DNA of 64,000 nucleotides from an uncultured bacterium (GTDB lineage Bacteria > Verrucomicrobiota > Kiritimatiellia > RFP12 > UBA1067): assembly GCA_902799385.1 (NCBI GenBank), contig CADCAK010000001.1, forward strand, positions 30,670 through 94,669, written 5' to 3'. The notes beneath the pieces are model-generated. The model worked only from the letters and a program-made list of their open reading frames with translations, ran no database searches and was not told the DNA's origin. This document shows positions 36,959-46,116 of the stretch, piece after piece (position 1 is the first letter of the stretch; each line of letters begins with the position of its first letter). The translations under genes were made by a program, and so were the position numbers.

Positions 36959-37831
36959 ATGTTGCTGGAAGTCGAACATCTGCGCGTTGCGTTTCGCATG
37001 GAGGGGGTTCTCTCCGTCCCGGTGCGCGACGTTTCGTTTTCCGTGCCCGAGAACGGGCGCGTCGCGCTCGTCGGCGAGTCGGGCTGCGGCAAGTCCCTGA
37101 CGTCGCTCGCCGTCGGCGGGCTCGTGGACCGCGCCGAGATATCGGGGATGATCTCCGGCTCCCCGCGCATCGCGTACATCTTCCAGAACCCGATGCAGTC
37201 GCTGAACCCGGTGATGCGCGTGGGCAAGCAGATCGTCGAGGGCCTTCGCAGGGCGGATCCTTCCATCTCCGACAAGTCGGCGGAAGCCCGCGTCCTCCAG
37301 CTGCTTGAGTCTGTCGGGCTTCCCAGCGCCACGACGCGCAAGTTCCCGTGCGAACTTTCCGGCGGGCAGCAGCAGCGCGTCATGATCGCGATGGCGCTCG
37401 CGCAGGAGCCGGACCTGCTCATTGCCGACGAGCCGACGACGGCGCTCGACGTGACTACGCAGAAGGAAGTGCTCGACCTCGTCAACCGCGTCGCGGACGA
37501 ACACAAGACGGCTGTCCTGCTCATCACGCACAATCTCGGGCTCGTCGCGCAGTATTCCAAGTACGTCAACGTGATGTACGCGGGCGAGATCATCGAGAGG
37601 GGAACTGTCCCCGAAGTCCTCGGCAGTCCGATACATCCATATACGCAGGGGCTTCTCGCCGCAGTGCCGCGCCTCGACCTTCCGAAGGACTCTCCGCTCG
37701 TCGGAATCCCCGGGACGGTTCCTCCGCCTACGGATTGGCCGAGCGGCTGCGCATTCCACCCGCGCTGTCCAAAGGCGACGGCGGAGTGCGCACGGGCTGT
37801 AGCCAAGTCTTGTATGACTGCGCTTCGCTGA
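36959..37831 (+). CDS. ABC transporter ATP-binding protein, oligopeptide/dipeptide (DppD/OppD-like) type
   Basis: Walker A GESGCGKS, signature LSGGQQQRVMIAMAL, Walker B LLIADEPTTALD, C-terminal oligo_HPY motif IHPYTQGLL. Confidence 0.85.
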   Translation: MLLEVEHLRVAFRMEGVLSVPVRDVSFSVPENGRVALVGESGCGKSLTSLAVGGLVDRAEISGMISGSPRIAYIFQNPMQSLNPVMRVGKQIVEGLRRADPSISDKSAEARVLQLLESVGLPSATTRKFPCELSGGQQQRVMIAMALAQEPDLLIADEPTTALDVTTQKEVLDLVNRVADEHKTAVLLITHNLGLVAQYSKYVNVMYAGEIIERGTVPEVLGSPIHPYTQGLLAAVPRLDLPKDSPLVGIPGTVPPPTDWPSGCAFHPRCPKATAECARAVAKSCMTALR

Positions 37832-37921
37832 CCGCAACAGGCGGTGGTGCGTATTGCAGATTCGGGCAGACGGGGCCACAACAGATTGTGTAGCAGAAAA
37901 TAAAAAAACACAATTTCCCCC

Positions 37922-37950
37922 TTGCGCGCCACAACAAATATTGGTATATT
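37922..37950 (+). promoter_or_regulatory. sigma70-type promoter (TTGCGC, 17-nt spacer, TGGTATATT) for hup
   Basis: cTTGCGCgccacaacaaatatTGGTATATT. Confidence 0.5.
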
Positions 37951-38016
37951 ATAAGCCAAAGCACAAGGGATGGTATCTCGCGTGCATCACTAGTGAAAAA
38001 ACAAAGGATCAAAAAA

Positions 38017-38310
38017 ATGGCTAAGAAAGTTCCCGCTACCAAGTCCGAGATCATGGCTGCCATCGCTGAGGCCGCTGGCATCAGCAAGAAGCAGGCCGTT
38101 GCTGCCTACGACGAGCTCCTCAAGATCGCCTATGCTGGCGCCAAGGGTCCGAAGGGCATTATGCTCCCTGGCCTCGGCAAGATGCTCAAGGCGAAGAGCA
38201 AGGCTCGCCTCGGCCGCAATCCCGCGACTGGCGAGACGATCAAGATCCCTGCCCGCACGAAGGCGAAATTCCGCCTCTGCAAGGCCGCGAAGGACGCTGT
38301 CCTCGCCTAA
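38017..38310 (+). CDS. hup: HU family DNA-binding protein
   Basis: ..GLGKMLKAKSKARLGRNPATGETIKIPARTKAKFRLCKAAKDAV; HU arm signature R.GRNP.TGE.I.I.A. Confidence 0.9.
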   Translation: MAKKVPATKSEIMAAIAEAAGISKKQAVAAYDELLKIAYAGAKGPKGIMLPGLGKMLKAKSKARLGRNPATGETIKIPARTKAKFRLCKAAKDAVLA

Positions 38311-38375
38311 GGCAAGGAGCATCGCACGATGCATCGGACGCGGGTTCCACGGAGCCCGCGTTTGTTTTTGGAATC

Positions 38376-40940
38376 ATGGTAAAGTCCGGCATAACTCAAG
38401 ACGAGGTGATCTCGTGGGGCGGCGAAGACGTCTTCAACAAGGCGTTGCCCATTGTGACATCCGGCGACGTACACGATGTCGCCTACAACGACGAGACGCT
38501 TGAGATCAGCGGCAAGATCGAGCAGCCGAGCGGATGGGACATGCCTGTCTCGTTCTTCCTGAAGCCCGGCGGCCGCATCGAGTCGCATTGCCCGTGCGAC
38601 ACGAATAGGCGCTTCGGCATGGTGTGCCAGCATGTCGTCGCCGTTGGCTATGCGCTCGTCGTCAGCGAGATGGACGACATCGAGGAAGAGAAGCCGCGCG
38701 GCGTGCGCGCTGAGGAGCCGGACGAGCCGCAGGAGGAAGAGGACTTCATCGAAGTCGAGACGAAGCCGAAGTTCTCGGCGTTTGTCGCCGGTTCTCGTGC
38801 GTCTCTCTCAATAGAGATCGACGCGCACTACGGCGAGATCGAGTTCCCGGTCTGCTCGGTGCAGAGCCCGCGGACAGTCTACCTTCCAGATCCCGACGAT
38901 CCGCTCGTTAGGCGCGTGCGCTCGATGAAGACGGAGCGCGAGGCGGTGAAGGCCGTCGAGAAGTGGGGCTTTTCCCCTGGGTACAACGACGGTGATCTGC
39001 GGCTTTACATCACCGACCCGCAGAAGGTGCTCAACTTCCTCGGCGCAGGGCTTCCCGCGCTAAGGCGCAAGGGCTGGCGCATAGACCTCGCCGACAAGCT
39101 CATGGAGCTTACGGACGCGATGCCGTCGGTCGTGCCCGTCGTCACTGTGCGCGACGCGCCGAACGGCGCGTTCGATGTCTCGTATGCGTTTGACGCGATG
39201 GGCCACGATGTCTCGCCGGTCGAGATACAGGCCGCGCTGAACCGGGGCGACGGCTACATCATGAAGGACGGGGCCGTCGTCCTTCTCGACAACTCAGCAA
39301 TTGAGTCTATGCACGGCGTCTTCCGCGACTGCGCGCCGTCCCAGAACGGCGCGGCGGCCGGGTGGTTCCGCGTCGATTCCGTCCATGCGCCGTACGTAAA
39401 GGCGTCGCTCGATCTTCTCGACTGCATCGACCTCGATGATTCCGCCGCGCGACGCTGGCGCGAGACTGCGGCGGCGAGGAACCGCGACTCCGGCGCGAAG
39501 TTCGAGCCGGTCGCGCTCGGGCCGCTCGACAATGTCTTGAGGCCCTACCAGAAGCAGGGCGTATACTGGATGCGCTTCCTCGAGAATGCGGGGCTTTCTG
39601 GGCTTCTCGCGGACGAGATGGGGCTTGGAAAGACGCTCCAGACTTTGACTTGGCTTTCGTTACCGAGAGCGGGAAGAGGGAATAGGGAAGAGGGAATAGG
39701 GAAGAGGGAAGAGAGAAGAGAGAAGAGGGAGAGTCCCTCGCTCATTGTTTGTCCAACGTCGCTTGTGCGCAATTGGGAAGCGGAGGCGAAGAAGTTTACG
39801 CCGTGGCTGAAGGTCCTCGTCGTGTCCGGGCCGGATCGCGCTGACACTTTCGGGCTTATCGACTCGTCTGATGTCGTCGTCACTTCCTACGCGCTTCTCC
39901 AGCGCGACTTCGAGGACGCGTACCTCGGGCACAAATTCTCCGCCGTCGTGCTTGACGAGGCGCAGCACATCAAGAACAGGCAGACGAAGAACGCGAAGTC
40001 TGTGAAGATGCTCGACGCCGAGCGGCGTCTCGTCCTCACCGGCACGCCTGTCGAGAACTCTGTCGCGGACGTCTGGTCGATCTTCGACTTCCTCATGCCC
40101 GACTACCTTGGCGACTACGAGACGTTCAAGGCGAATTTCGAGGAGCCGATCGCCGACGGCGGCGCGGCGGGAGAGGAGGCGCAGGCGCGGCTTAAGCGCA
40201 AGCTGCATCCTTTCATCATGCGTCGCCTCAAGAAGACGGTTGCTAAGGACCTTCCCGACAAGATTGTGAAAGTCTCCTACTGCCCGATGTCGGAGGACTC
40301 GCAGCGCGAATACAACGAGGCGCTTGCGAAGACGCGGCGCCAGGCGGGAGACGCGATACGCGAGAAGGGCTTTGCGAAGTCGAAGTTCGAGATCCTTGCG
40401 ATGCTCATGAAGCTGCGGCAGATCGCCTCGCGCGCGAAGCTCGAGGCGTTCCTGGAGCAGCTTGAGAGCGCGATAGAGGGCGGGCACAAGATACTCGTCT
40501 TCTCGCAGTTCGTGAAGATGCTCGGGACTATAGCCGAGGAACTGAAGGAACGTGGCGTTCCGTTCTGCTATCTCGACGGCTCGACGAAGGATCGCCTTGG
40601 CGAGTGCAACCGATTCAACCGCTCGCCCGAGATACCGGTGTTCCTCATTTCGCTCATGGCTGGCGGCACGGGGCTCAACCTCACGGGCGCAGACATGGTG
40701 ATGCACTACGATCCGTGGTGGAACCCGGCGGTAGAGGATCAGGCGACTGACCGCGCCCATCGAATCGGGCAGAAGAAGACGGTGTACGTCATGAAGATGA
40801 TTGCGTCGGGTTCAATTGAAGAGAAGGTTCTCGCGCTTCAGCGCCGCAAGCAGGCGGTGATTTCCGCTACAGTCTCTACGACCGACGAGGCGGTGATGGA
40901 GCGTCTCACTGCCGACGATCTCGCCGCGCTCTTGTCGTAG
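38376..40940 (+). CDS. SNF2-family helicase with N-terminal SWIM zinc finger
   Basis: SWIM CPCDTNRRFGMVCQHVVAV. SNF2 motif I LLADEMGLGKTLQT, motif II VLDEAQHIKN, helicase-C (..GGTGLNLTGADMVMHYDPWWNPAVEDQATDRAHRIGQ). Confidence 0.85.
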   Translation: MVKSGITQDEVISWGGEDVFNKALPIVTSGDVHDVAYNDETLEISGKIEQPSGWDMPVSFFLKPGGRIESHCPCDTNRRFGMVCQHVVAVGYALVVSEMDDIEEEKPRGVRAEEPDEPQEEEDFIEVETKPKFSAFVAGSRASLSIEIDAHYGEIEFPVCSVQSPRTVYLPDPDDPLVRRVRSMKTEREAVKAVEKWGFSPGYNDGDLRLYITDPQKVLNFLGAGLPALRRKGWRIDLADKLMELTDAMPSVVPVVTVRDAPNGAFDVSYAFDAMGHDVSPVEIQAALNRGDGYIMKDGAVVLLDNSAIESMHGVFRDCAPSQNGAAAGWFRVDSVHAPYVKASLDLLDCIDLDDSAARRWRETAAARNRDSGAKFEPVALGPLDNVLRPYQKQGVYWMRFLENAGLSGLLADEMGLGKTLQTLTWLSLPRAGRGNREEGIGKREERREKRESPSLIVCPTSLVRNWEAEAKKFTPWLKVLVVSGPDRADTFGLIDSSDVVVTSYALLQRDFEDAYLGHKFSAVVLDEAQHIKNRQTKNAKSVKMLDAERRLVLTGTPVENSVADVWSIFDFLMPDYLGDYETFKANFEEPIADGGAAGEEAQARLKRKLHPFIMRRLKKTVAKDLPDKIVKVSYCPMSEDSQREYNEALAKTRRQAGDAIREKGFAKSKFEILAMLMKLRQIASRAKLEAFLEQLESAIEGGHKILVFSQFVKMLGTIAEELKERGVPFCYLDGSTKDRLGECNRFNRSPEIPVFLISLMAGGTGLNLTGADMVMHYDPWWNPAVEDQATDRAHRIGQKKTVYVMKMIASGSIEEKVLALQRRKQAVISATVSTTDEAVMERLTADDLAALLS
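39667..39735 (+). repeat. purine-rich GGGAAGAGGGAATAGGGAAGAG... microsatellite-like insertion inside the helicase ORF (encodes RAGRGNREEGIGKREERREKRE)
   Basis: Direct reading. Sits between SNF2 motif I and Ia, in frame. Confidence 0.7.
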
Positions 40941-40991
40941 CATCTTGGAATGCGCATGAACCTTTTGGAGTTGAGTGGCGTTCTAAATGGT

Positions 40992-43148
40992 ATGAAAAGC
41001 AAAATTGTTGTTGTTTGCGCCGCTGTTGCAGGCGCATTGACCGGAATGGGAGAAGAAGCAGGCGCAAACGCCTCGACTAACGCAGTGGCCGACTTGGGAA
41101 CGGTCGTCGTCGAGGGCTCTGCTCTCTCAAAGTACCGGCCCGAGACGGTGGATGGCGCGACTTTCACCGACCTCGCGCCCGAGAAGTCGCCGACAGTCGT
41201 CGATACGCTGACCGAGGACTTCATCCGCGAGCACAACCCAACTGACCTTCACGACTTGCTGCGCTACGTCCCCGGGATCGAGACGGGCGGCAAGTCTCTT
41301 CTCGTCCGCCAGCCGGGGACGTTCCAGATACGCGGCATGGGCGGCACAGAGCCTGCCTTCGACGGCGTCGTGCCGATTGGTAGCGGTGCGGGACTTTTCA
41401 TGGATCCGTTCCTTATGGAGCGCGTCGAAATCGTGAAGGGCCCGATTGGTTCGCTTTCCGGCGGCGCGGGCGCGCAGCAGAACAACTCGGGCGCGGGCGG
41501 CTCGGTAAACATGTACCTGAAGGGCGCCAACTTCCGCGGAGACAGGATCGACTTCCAGGAGAACACCTCCGTCGGGCGCAACACCTGGCGCCAGCGCGGC
41601 ATGATCGACGCGAACGAGGTCTATGGCGACGACAAGTTTGCTGTCCGCGCAATCGGCGCGTTCGACGTTTTCTCGCCTGCCTATCTTGGCAAGGGCTCGC
41701 AGAAGGGCGCCGACCCTCGACAGTCTTACACGATTGCGCCGTCGTTCGCGTGGCGCCCCGTCGAGAACGTGACGATTGGGCTCAAGTCGATGTTCCAGAA
41801 GACCGACCAGCCGAGCTACATCGGAATTCCCGTCTGGCACGGACGGCCCGGCGGTGGATATAGCTGGTACGAGTCGTCGTGCCGCAAGGGCGACCGCTCT
41901 AAGTACGACTCGATGTACATTAACCCATACGTCGATTGGCAGGTCACGGACGACTGGCTTCTCAAGTTTGGCGGCGCGTTCATGTTCTCCGACTGGGAGC
42001 AGAGGACGCGCGAGCCGTACATGGCGAACGCCGAACTCGCCAATTTCTACAAGACAGGCGAGTGGACGAGCGGCGAGAAGTACATGACGTCGGGCTTTTC
42101 CGAGTCCGATCGCATAAGCCGCAGCTACAACCTCTACGCGCGCTCGGTCTACACGAAGGAGGAGCTACCGTGGGGTTTCAGGAACACGCTCGTCTTCCAG
42201 CCCGACTTCTGGTACCGCGAATCGACTACGGGCTTCGGCGCTCCCGTTACGCGCTACGGCGCGACGCTCCAGGACTCGCTCGGCTGGGGTTGGGTGACGC
42301 TCCTTGGCGGCCTGCGCTACGACTACTTCACGGAGAATCCTCAGACGACTACCGCGTCCAACGGCACGACCACGCACTACCAGCGCGCAAACGAGTTCGC
42401 GTTCTCGCCGCGTGGCGGTCTCACGGTCCAGCCGCTCGATTGGCTCGTCTTCTTCGGCAACCTCTCGCAGACGACTACGCCGACACTCGGCTACCGCGAC
42501 GCCGACGGCAACAGGCCGACCGACCCTTGGACGGCGACGCAGATGGAAGGCGGCTTCCGCGTCCGTCCCGTCGAGAAGCTCTGGTTCTCGGCTTCGGTCT
42601 ACCGCATCGACCAGCGCAATACGCCTGTCGCCGAGACGGTCGGGAGCGACACGTACTACTATTTCGAGGGCAAGAGCAACTCGCGCGGCGTAGAGCTTTC
42701 GCTTGCGGGCGACATCACCGAGAACTGGACGGTCCTCGCGATGTACGCGTACAACCACTACGAAAACCGGAGCGCGACGGGAACAGCGCCGTCGGTCTTT
42801 CGCCGCAACCCCAACCACACGTTCTCGCTGAATACCTCCTACCGGTTCGACTGCTGCGACATCCTTCGCGACGTCGTTGTCGGTTGCGGCTACCGCTTCC
42901 GCTCGAAGAGCTTTGCGACTTTCCGCGGCTCCTTCGTAGACGACAACCTCTACTTCGCGCACAGCCATGTCTTCGACGTCAACGTGTCCGTTCCGCTGAC
43001 GAAGTTCGGCGGGCCCGAGGACTGGACGCTGACGCTCGGCATCCGCAACCTCTTCGGAGAGAAGTACTTCGAGTCCGCGCGTCACTTCTACGAGTGCCTT
43101 GTCGGCGAGCCGCGCACGTTCGAGATCGGGCTCCGCGCGAGATTCTGA
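40992..43148 (+). CDS. TonB-dependent outer-membrane receptor
   Basis: Signal peptide. Plug region (..LLRYVPGI..VEIVKGP.GSLSG). C-terminal beta-barrel ending ..EIGLRARF (terminal aromatic). Confidence 0.75.
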   Translation: MKSKIVVVCAAVAGALTGMGEEAGANASTNAVADLGTVVVEGSALSKYRPETVDGATFTDLAPEKSPTVVDTLTEDFIREHNPTDLHDLLRYVPGIETGGKSLLVRQPGTFQIRGMGGTEPAFDGVVPIGSGAGLFMDPFLMERVEIVKGPIGSLSGGAGAQQNNSGAGGSVNMYLKGANFRGDRIDFQENTSVGRNTWRQRGMIDANEVYGDDKFAVRAIGAFDVFSPAYLGKGSQKGADPRQSYTIAPSFAWRPVENVTIGLKSMFQKTDQPSYIGIPVWHGRPGGGYSWYESSCRKGDRSKYDSMYINPYVDWQVTDDWLLKFGGAFMFSDWEQRTREPYMANAELANFYKTGEWTSGEKYMTSGFSESDRISRSYNLYARSVYTKEELPWGFRNTLVFQPDFWYRESTTGFGAPVTRYGATLQDSLGWGWVTLLGGLRYDYFTENPQTTTASNGTTTHYQRANEFAFSPRGGLTVQPLDWLVFFGNLSQTTTPTLGYRDADGNRPTDPWTATQMEGGFRVRPVEKLWFSASVYRIDQRNTPVAETVGSDTYYYFEGKSNSRGVELSLAGDITENWTVLAMYAYNHYENRSATGTAPSVFRRNPNHTFSLNTSYRFDCCDILRDVVVGCGYRFRSKSFATFRGSFVDDNLYFAHSHVFDVNVSVPLTKFGGPEDWTLTLGIRNLFGEKYFESARHFYECLVGEPRTFEIGLRARF

Positions 43149-43252
43149 CGGGCGGCGTCTACCGCGATTTCCTTTAGGGTGTGGCCGGGTGGCATTGACT
43201 AACGCCATCAAAATGAGGTATAATATGCCCTCATCAACGAAAGGAAAGCAAA

Positions 43253-43732
43253 ATGTCTATTCTCATCGGTTTCCTCTATGTGGTAGAAGTTCTTGTCTGC
43301 ATTCTTCTGGCAATGGTCGTAATGCTTCAGAAGCCGAAGGAAGGCGGCCTAGGCGGCGCTTTTGGCGGCGGGATGCTTGAGGCTTCGCTCGGTGCCGACG
43401 CTGGCAACGTCCTCATCCGCACCACGGCCATTCTCGGCGCAATCTTCCTTGTCAACACTCTTGTGCTTGCGCGTCTCACTTCGACCGTCCACTCCCGCAG
43501 CCTGATGGCTCGCGAGGCGGAGCCTGTGGCCGAGACTGCCCCTGCGCTTCCTGCGGCACCGGAGCTTCCGGCTGCGGCACCCGAACTTCCTGCGGCTCCC
43601 GAAGCGCCTGCGCCTGTCGCGCCAGCGCCCGCCGCACCTGCACCCGCACCTGCGCCCGCCGCACCCGCACCCGCGCCTGCGCCTGTCGCACCCGCACCCG
43701 CGCCTGCGCCTGTCGCGCCTGACGCGAAGTGA
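43253..43732 (+). CDS. secG: preprotein translocase subunit SecG with Pro/Ala-rich C-terminal extension
   Basis: SecG core MLQKPKEGGLGGAFGGG and a second TM. ~70-aa tail of (PA/PE/PV) repeats from imperfect GC-rich DNA repeats at 43545-43725. Confidence 0.7.
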   Translation: MSILIGFLYVVEVLVCILLAMVVMLQKPKEGGLGGAFGGGMLEASLGADAGNVLIRTTAILGAIFLVNTLVLARLTSTVHSRSLMAREAEPVAETAPALPAAPELPAAAPELPAAPEAPAPVAPAPAAPAPAPAPAAPAPAPAPVAPAPAPAPVAPDAK

Positions 43733-43740
43733 GGTGCGCT

Positions 43741-44784
43741 ATGAAGGTCCTCGTCACCGGCGGTTCGGGCTTTCTCGGCATCAATCTCATTCGTTTTCTC
43801 CGCACCAAGGGCGTGGAGGAGATTCGCGTCCTCGACATAGCAGATTTCGACTATCCCGAAAAGTCCGAGCCGTGGCTTAAGTTCACTCTGGGCGACGTGC
43901 GCGACATTCCGGCTGTCGAGAAGTGCGTCGAGGGCTGCGACATCGTCGTTCACTGCGCTGCGGCGCTCCCGCTCTACTCCGAGAAGGACATCTTCACGAC
44001 CGAGGTTGACGGCTGCCGCAACGTCCTCGCTGCGTGTCGCAAGTTCGGCTGCGACAGGATGGTGCAGATTTCATCTACCGCCGTCTACGGTGTTCCGAAG
44101 AAGCATCCGATCTACGAGACCGATCCGCTGGTTGGCGTCGGTCCATACGGGCAGGCCAAGATCGACGCCGAGGAAATCTGCCGCGCGGCGATAAAGGAAG
44201 GGTACTGCGTCTCGATTATCCGCCCGAAGAGCTTCATCGGCCCAGAGCGGCTTGGTGTATTCGCGCTTTTCTACGACTGGGCGTACACTGGCCACGGCTT
44301 CCCGATGATCGGCAGCGGCAACAACCGCTACCAGCTGATGGACGTCGACGACCTCGATCATGCGATCTGGAACGCGATGACTTATCCAAAGGACAAGGTC
44401 GCGACCGAGTTCAACATTGGCGCGAAGGAGTTCACGACGATGAAGGAGGACTACCAGGCGGTCCTCGATCACGCCGGCCACGGCAAGAAGATTCGCGGCA
44501 CGCCCGTGAAGCCGATAGTCTTCATCCTTCGCATCCTCGAAAAGCTCCATCTCTCGCCGCTCTATCCGTGGGTGTACGAGACGGCTTCCACCGACTCGTT
44601 CGTCTCAATAGAGAAGGCCGAGAAGATACTCGACTTCAAGCCCCAGCATTCCAACAAGCAGGCGCTTATCCGCAACTACGACTGGTACGTAGAGCACCTC
44701 TCCGAGTTCCAGGGCAAGTCCGGCGTCTCCCACCGCGTTCCGTGGAAGCAAGGGCTTCTTGCTGTGGCAAAGTGGTTTTTCTGA
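43741..44784 (+). CDS. NAD-dependent epimerase/dehydratase (extended SDR)
   Basis: VTGGSGFLG Rossmann motif, catalytic YGQAK. Confidence 0.85.
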   Translation: MKVLVTGGSGFLGINLIRFLRTKGVEEIRVLDIADFDYPEKSEPWLKFTLGDVRDIPAVEKCVEGCDIVVHCAAALPLYSEKDIFTTEVDGCRNVLAACRKFGCDRMVQISSTAVYGVPKKHPIYETDPLVGVGPYGQAKIDAEEICRAAIKEGYCVSIIRPKSFIGPERLGVFALFYDWAYTGHGFPMIGSGNNRYQLMDVDDLDHAIWNAMTYPKDKVATEFNIGAKEFTTMKEDYQAVLDHAGHGKKIRGTPVKPIVFILRILEKLHLSPLYPWVYETASTDSFVSIEKAEKILDFKPQHSNKQALIRNYDWYVEHLSEFQGKSGVSHRVPWKQGLLAVAKWFF

Positions 44785-44791
44785 TTGCACG

Positions 44792-46102
44792 ATGAGCGAT
44801 TCCCGGCAACGGCGCAAGTCCCTCGATTTCCTGCAAATGCTCGCGGCGAGGCGACGCTTCGGCATGAGGCCGTCCCTCGACGCGATCAGCGGCACATGTG
44901 CCGCGCTCGGCGATCCTCAGAAAAAGCTACGTGCGATTCATGTCGCAGGCACGAACGGGAAAGGCGCGGTCTGCGCGATGGTCGACGCGTGCCTCAGGGC
45001 CGATGGCCTTAAGACTTGCAGATACACGTCGCCCCATCTCGTAAGGGTAAACGAGCGGTTTTTCGTGGACGGAAGACCCGTCGACGACGCGACTCTCGAA
45101 CGCGCGGCGGATAAGGTCTTTCACGCCGATTCCGACACAAACCCGCAACTTACCTTCTTCGAGGCGCTGACGGCCGTCGCGTTCATCGCCTTCACCGAGG
45201 CGAAGTGCGACTACGCCGTTCTCGAGACGGGGCTTGGCGGCCGGCTTGACGCGACGAACATCTGCGTGCCGGAGATTTGCGTAATAACGAAGATCGGGCT
45301 CGACCACTGCGACTGGCTTGGCGACACCGTCGAGAAGATTGCGGCGGAAAAGGCGGGGATAATAAAGAAGGGCGTGCCCATTGTCCTTGGGAAGAACGAT
45401 ACTGAGGTCGTTGCGGTAGTGAAATCCCGCGCAAACGAGGTCGGCGCGCCATTCTTCTACGCGCCTGACATGGCGGACGAATCGGAAATTCCAGATGGCT
45501 TCTCCCTTGAAGGCGCGTTCAACCGCGAGAACGCCGTCACCGCTCTCGCAGCGCTTAAAGTCCTCAAGAAGGGCTCGCGTGACGGGCTCTTGGATGTCGT
45601 CTGGCCGGGGCGGTTCCAGAGGGTTGGGCGCTTCATCATAGACGGCGCGCACAATCCTCCGGCGGCCCGTGCGCTTGTCGCCGCGCTTCGTAAATACGCA
45701 CCTTTCGCGGGGTCTGTCCCCACGCTTATCGCCGGCTTTTGTGGCGACAAGGACGTTGGCGAGGTTCTCTCGATTCTCGCACCGCTGGTGACAAGGGGAT
45801 TTGCCGTCAAGACAAACAACCCGCGTTCGCTCTCCGCCGAGGAGACGGCGGCGAAAATGCGCGAGGCCGGTATCGACGCAGTTGCGTGTCCGTCGCTCAA
45901 AGAGGCGATCCGCAGGGCATCTCCCGCACCCGGCACTAGGCACCAGCGGCGGAGCCGCGCAAGCACCAGCGGCGGAGCCGCGCAAGCACCGCTCACCCTC
46001 ATTTGCGGTTCGCTGTTCCTCGCAGGCGAGGCGCTTGCCGAGCTTGGCGCCTTTCCGTGGCAGGCAGACCGTTTCGATGCGGCAGAAATCCTGAAGGTTT
46101 GA
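44792..46102 (+). CDS. folC: bifunctional folylpolyglutamate synthase/dihydrofolate synthase
   Basis: Mur-ligase P-loop HVAGTNGKG, DGAHNP. Contains a 2 x 23-bp tandem duplication at 45936-45981. Confidence 0.85.
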   Translation: MSDSRQRRKSLDFLQMLAARRRFGMRPSLDAISGTCAALGDPQKKLRAIHVAGTNGKGAVCAMVDACLRADGLKTCRYTSPHLVRVNERFFVDGRPVDDATLERAADKVFHADSDTNPQLTFFEALTAVAFIAFTEAKCDYAVLETGLGGRLDATNICVPEICVITKIGLDHCDWLGDTVEKIAAEKAGIIKKGVPIVLGKNDTEVVAVVKSRANEVGAPFFYAPDMADESEIPDGFSLEGAFNRENAVTALAALKVLKKGSRDGLLDVVWPGRFQRVGRFIIDGAHNPPAARALVAALRKYAPFAGSVPTLIAGFCGDKDVGEVLSILAPLVTRGFAVKTNNPRSLSAEETAAKMREAGIDAVACPSLKEAIRRASPAPGTRHQRRSRASTSGGAAQAPLTLICGSLFLAGEALAELGAFPWQADRFDAAEILKV

Positions 46103-46116
46103 TATAATCTACGGCG

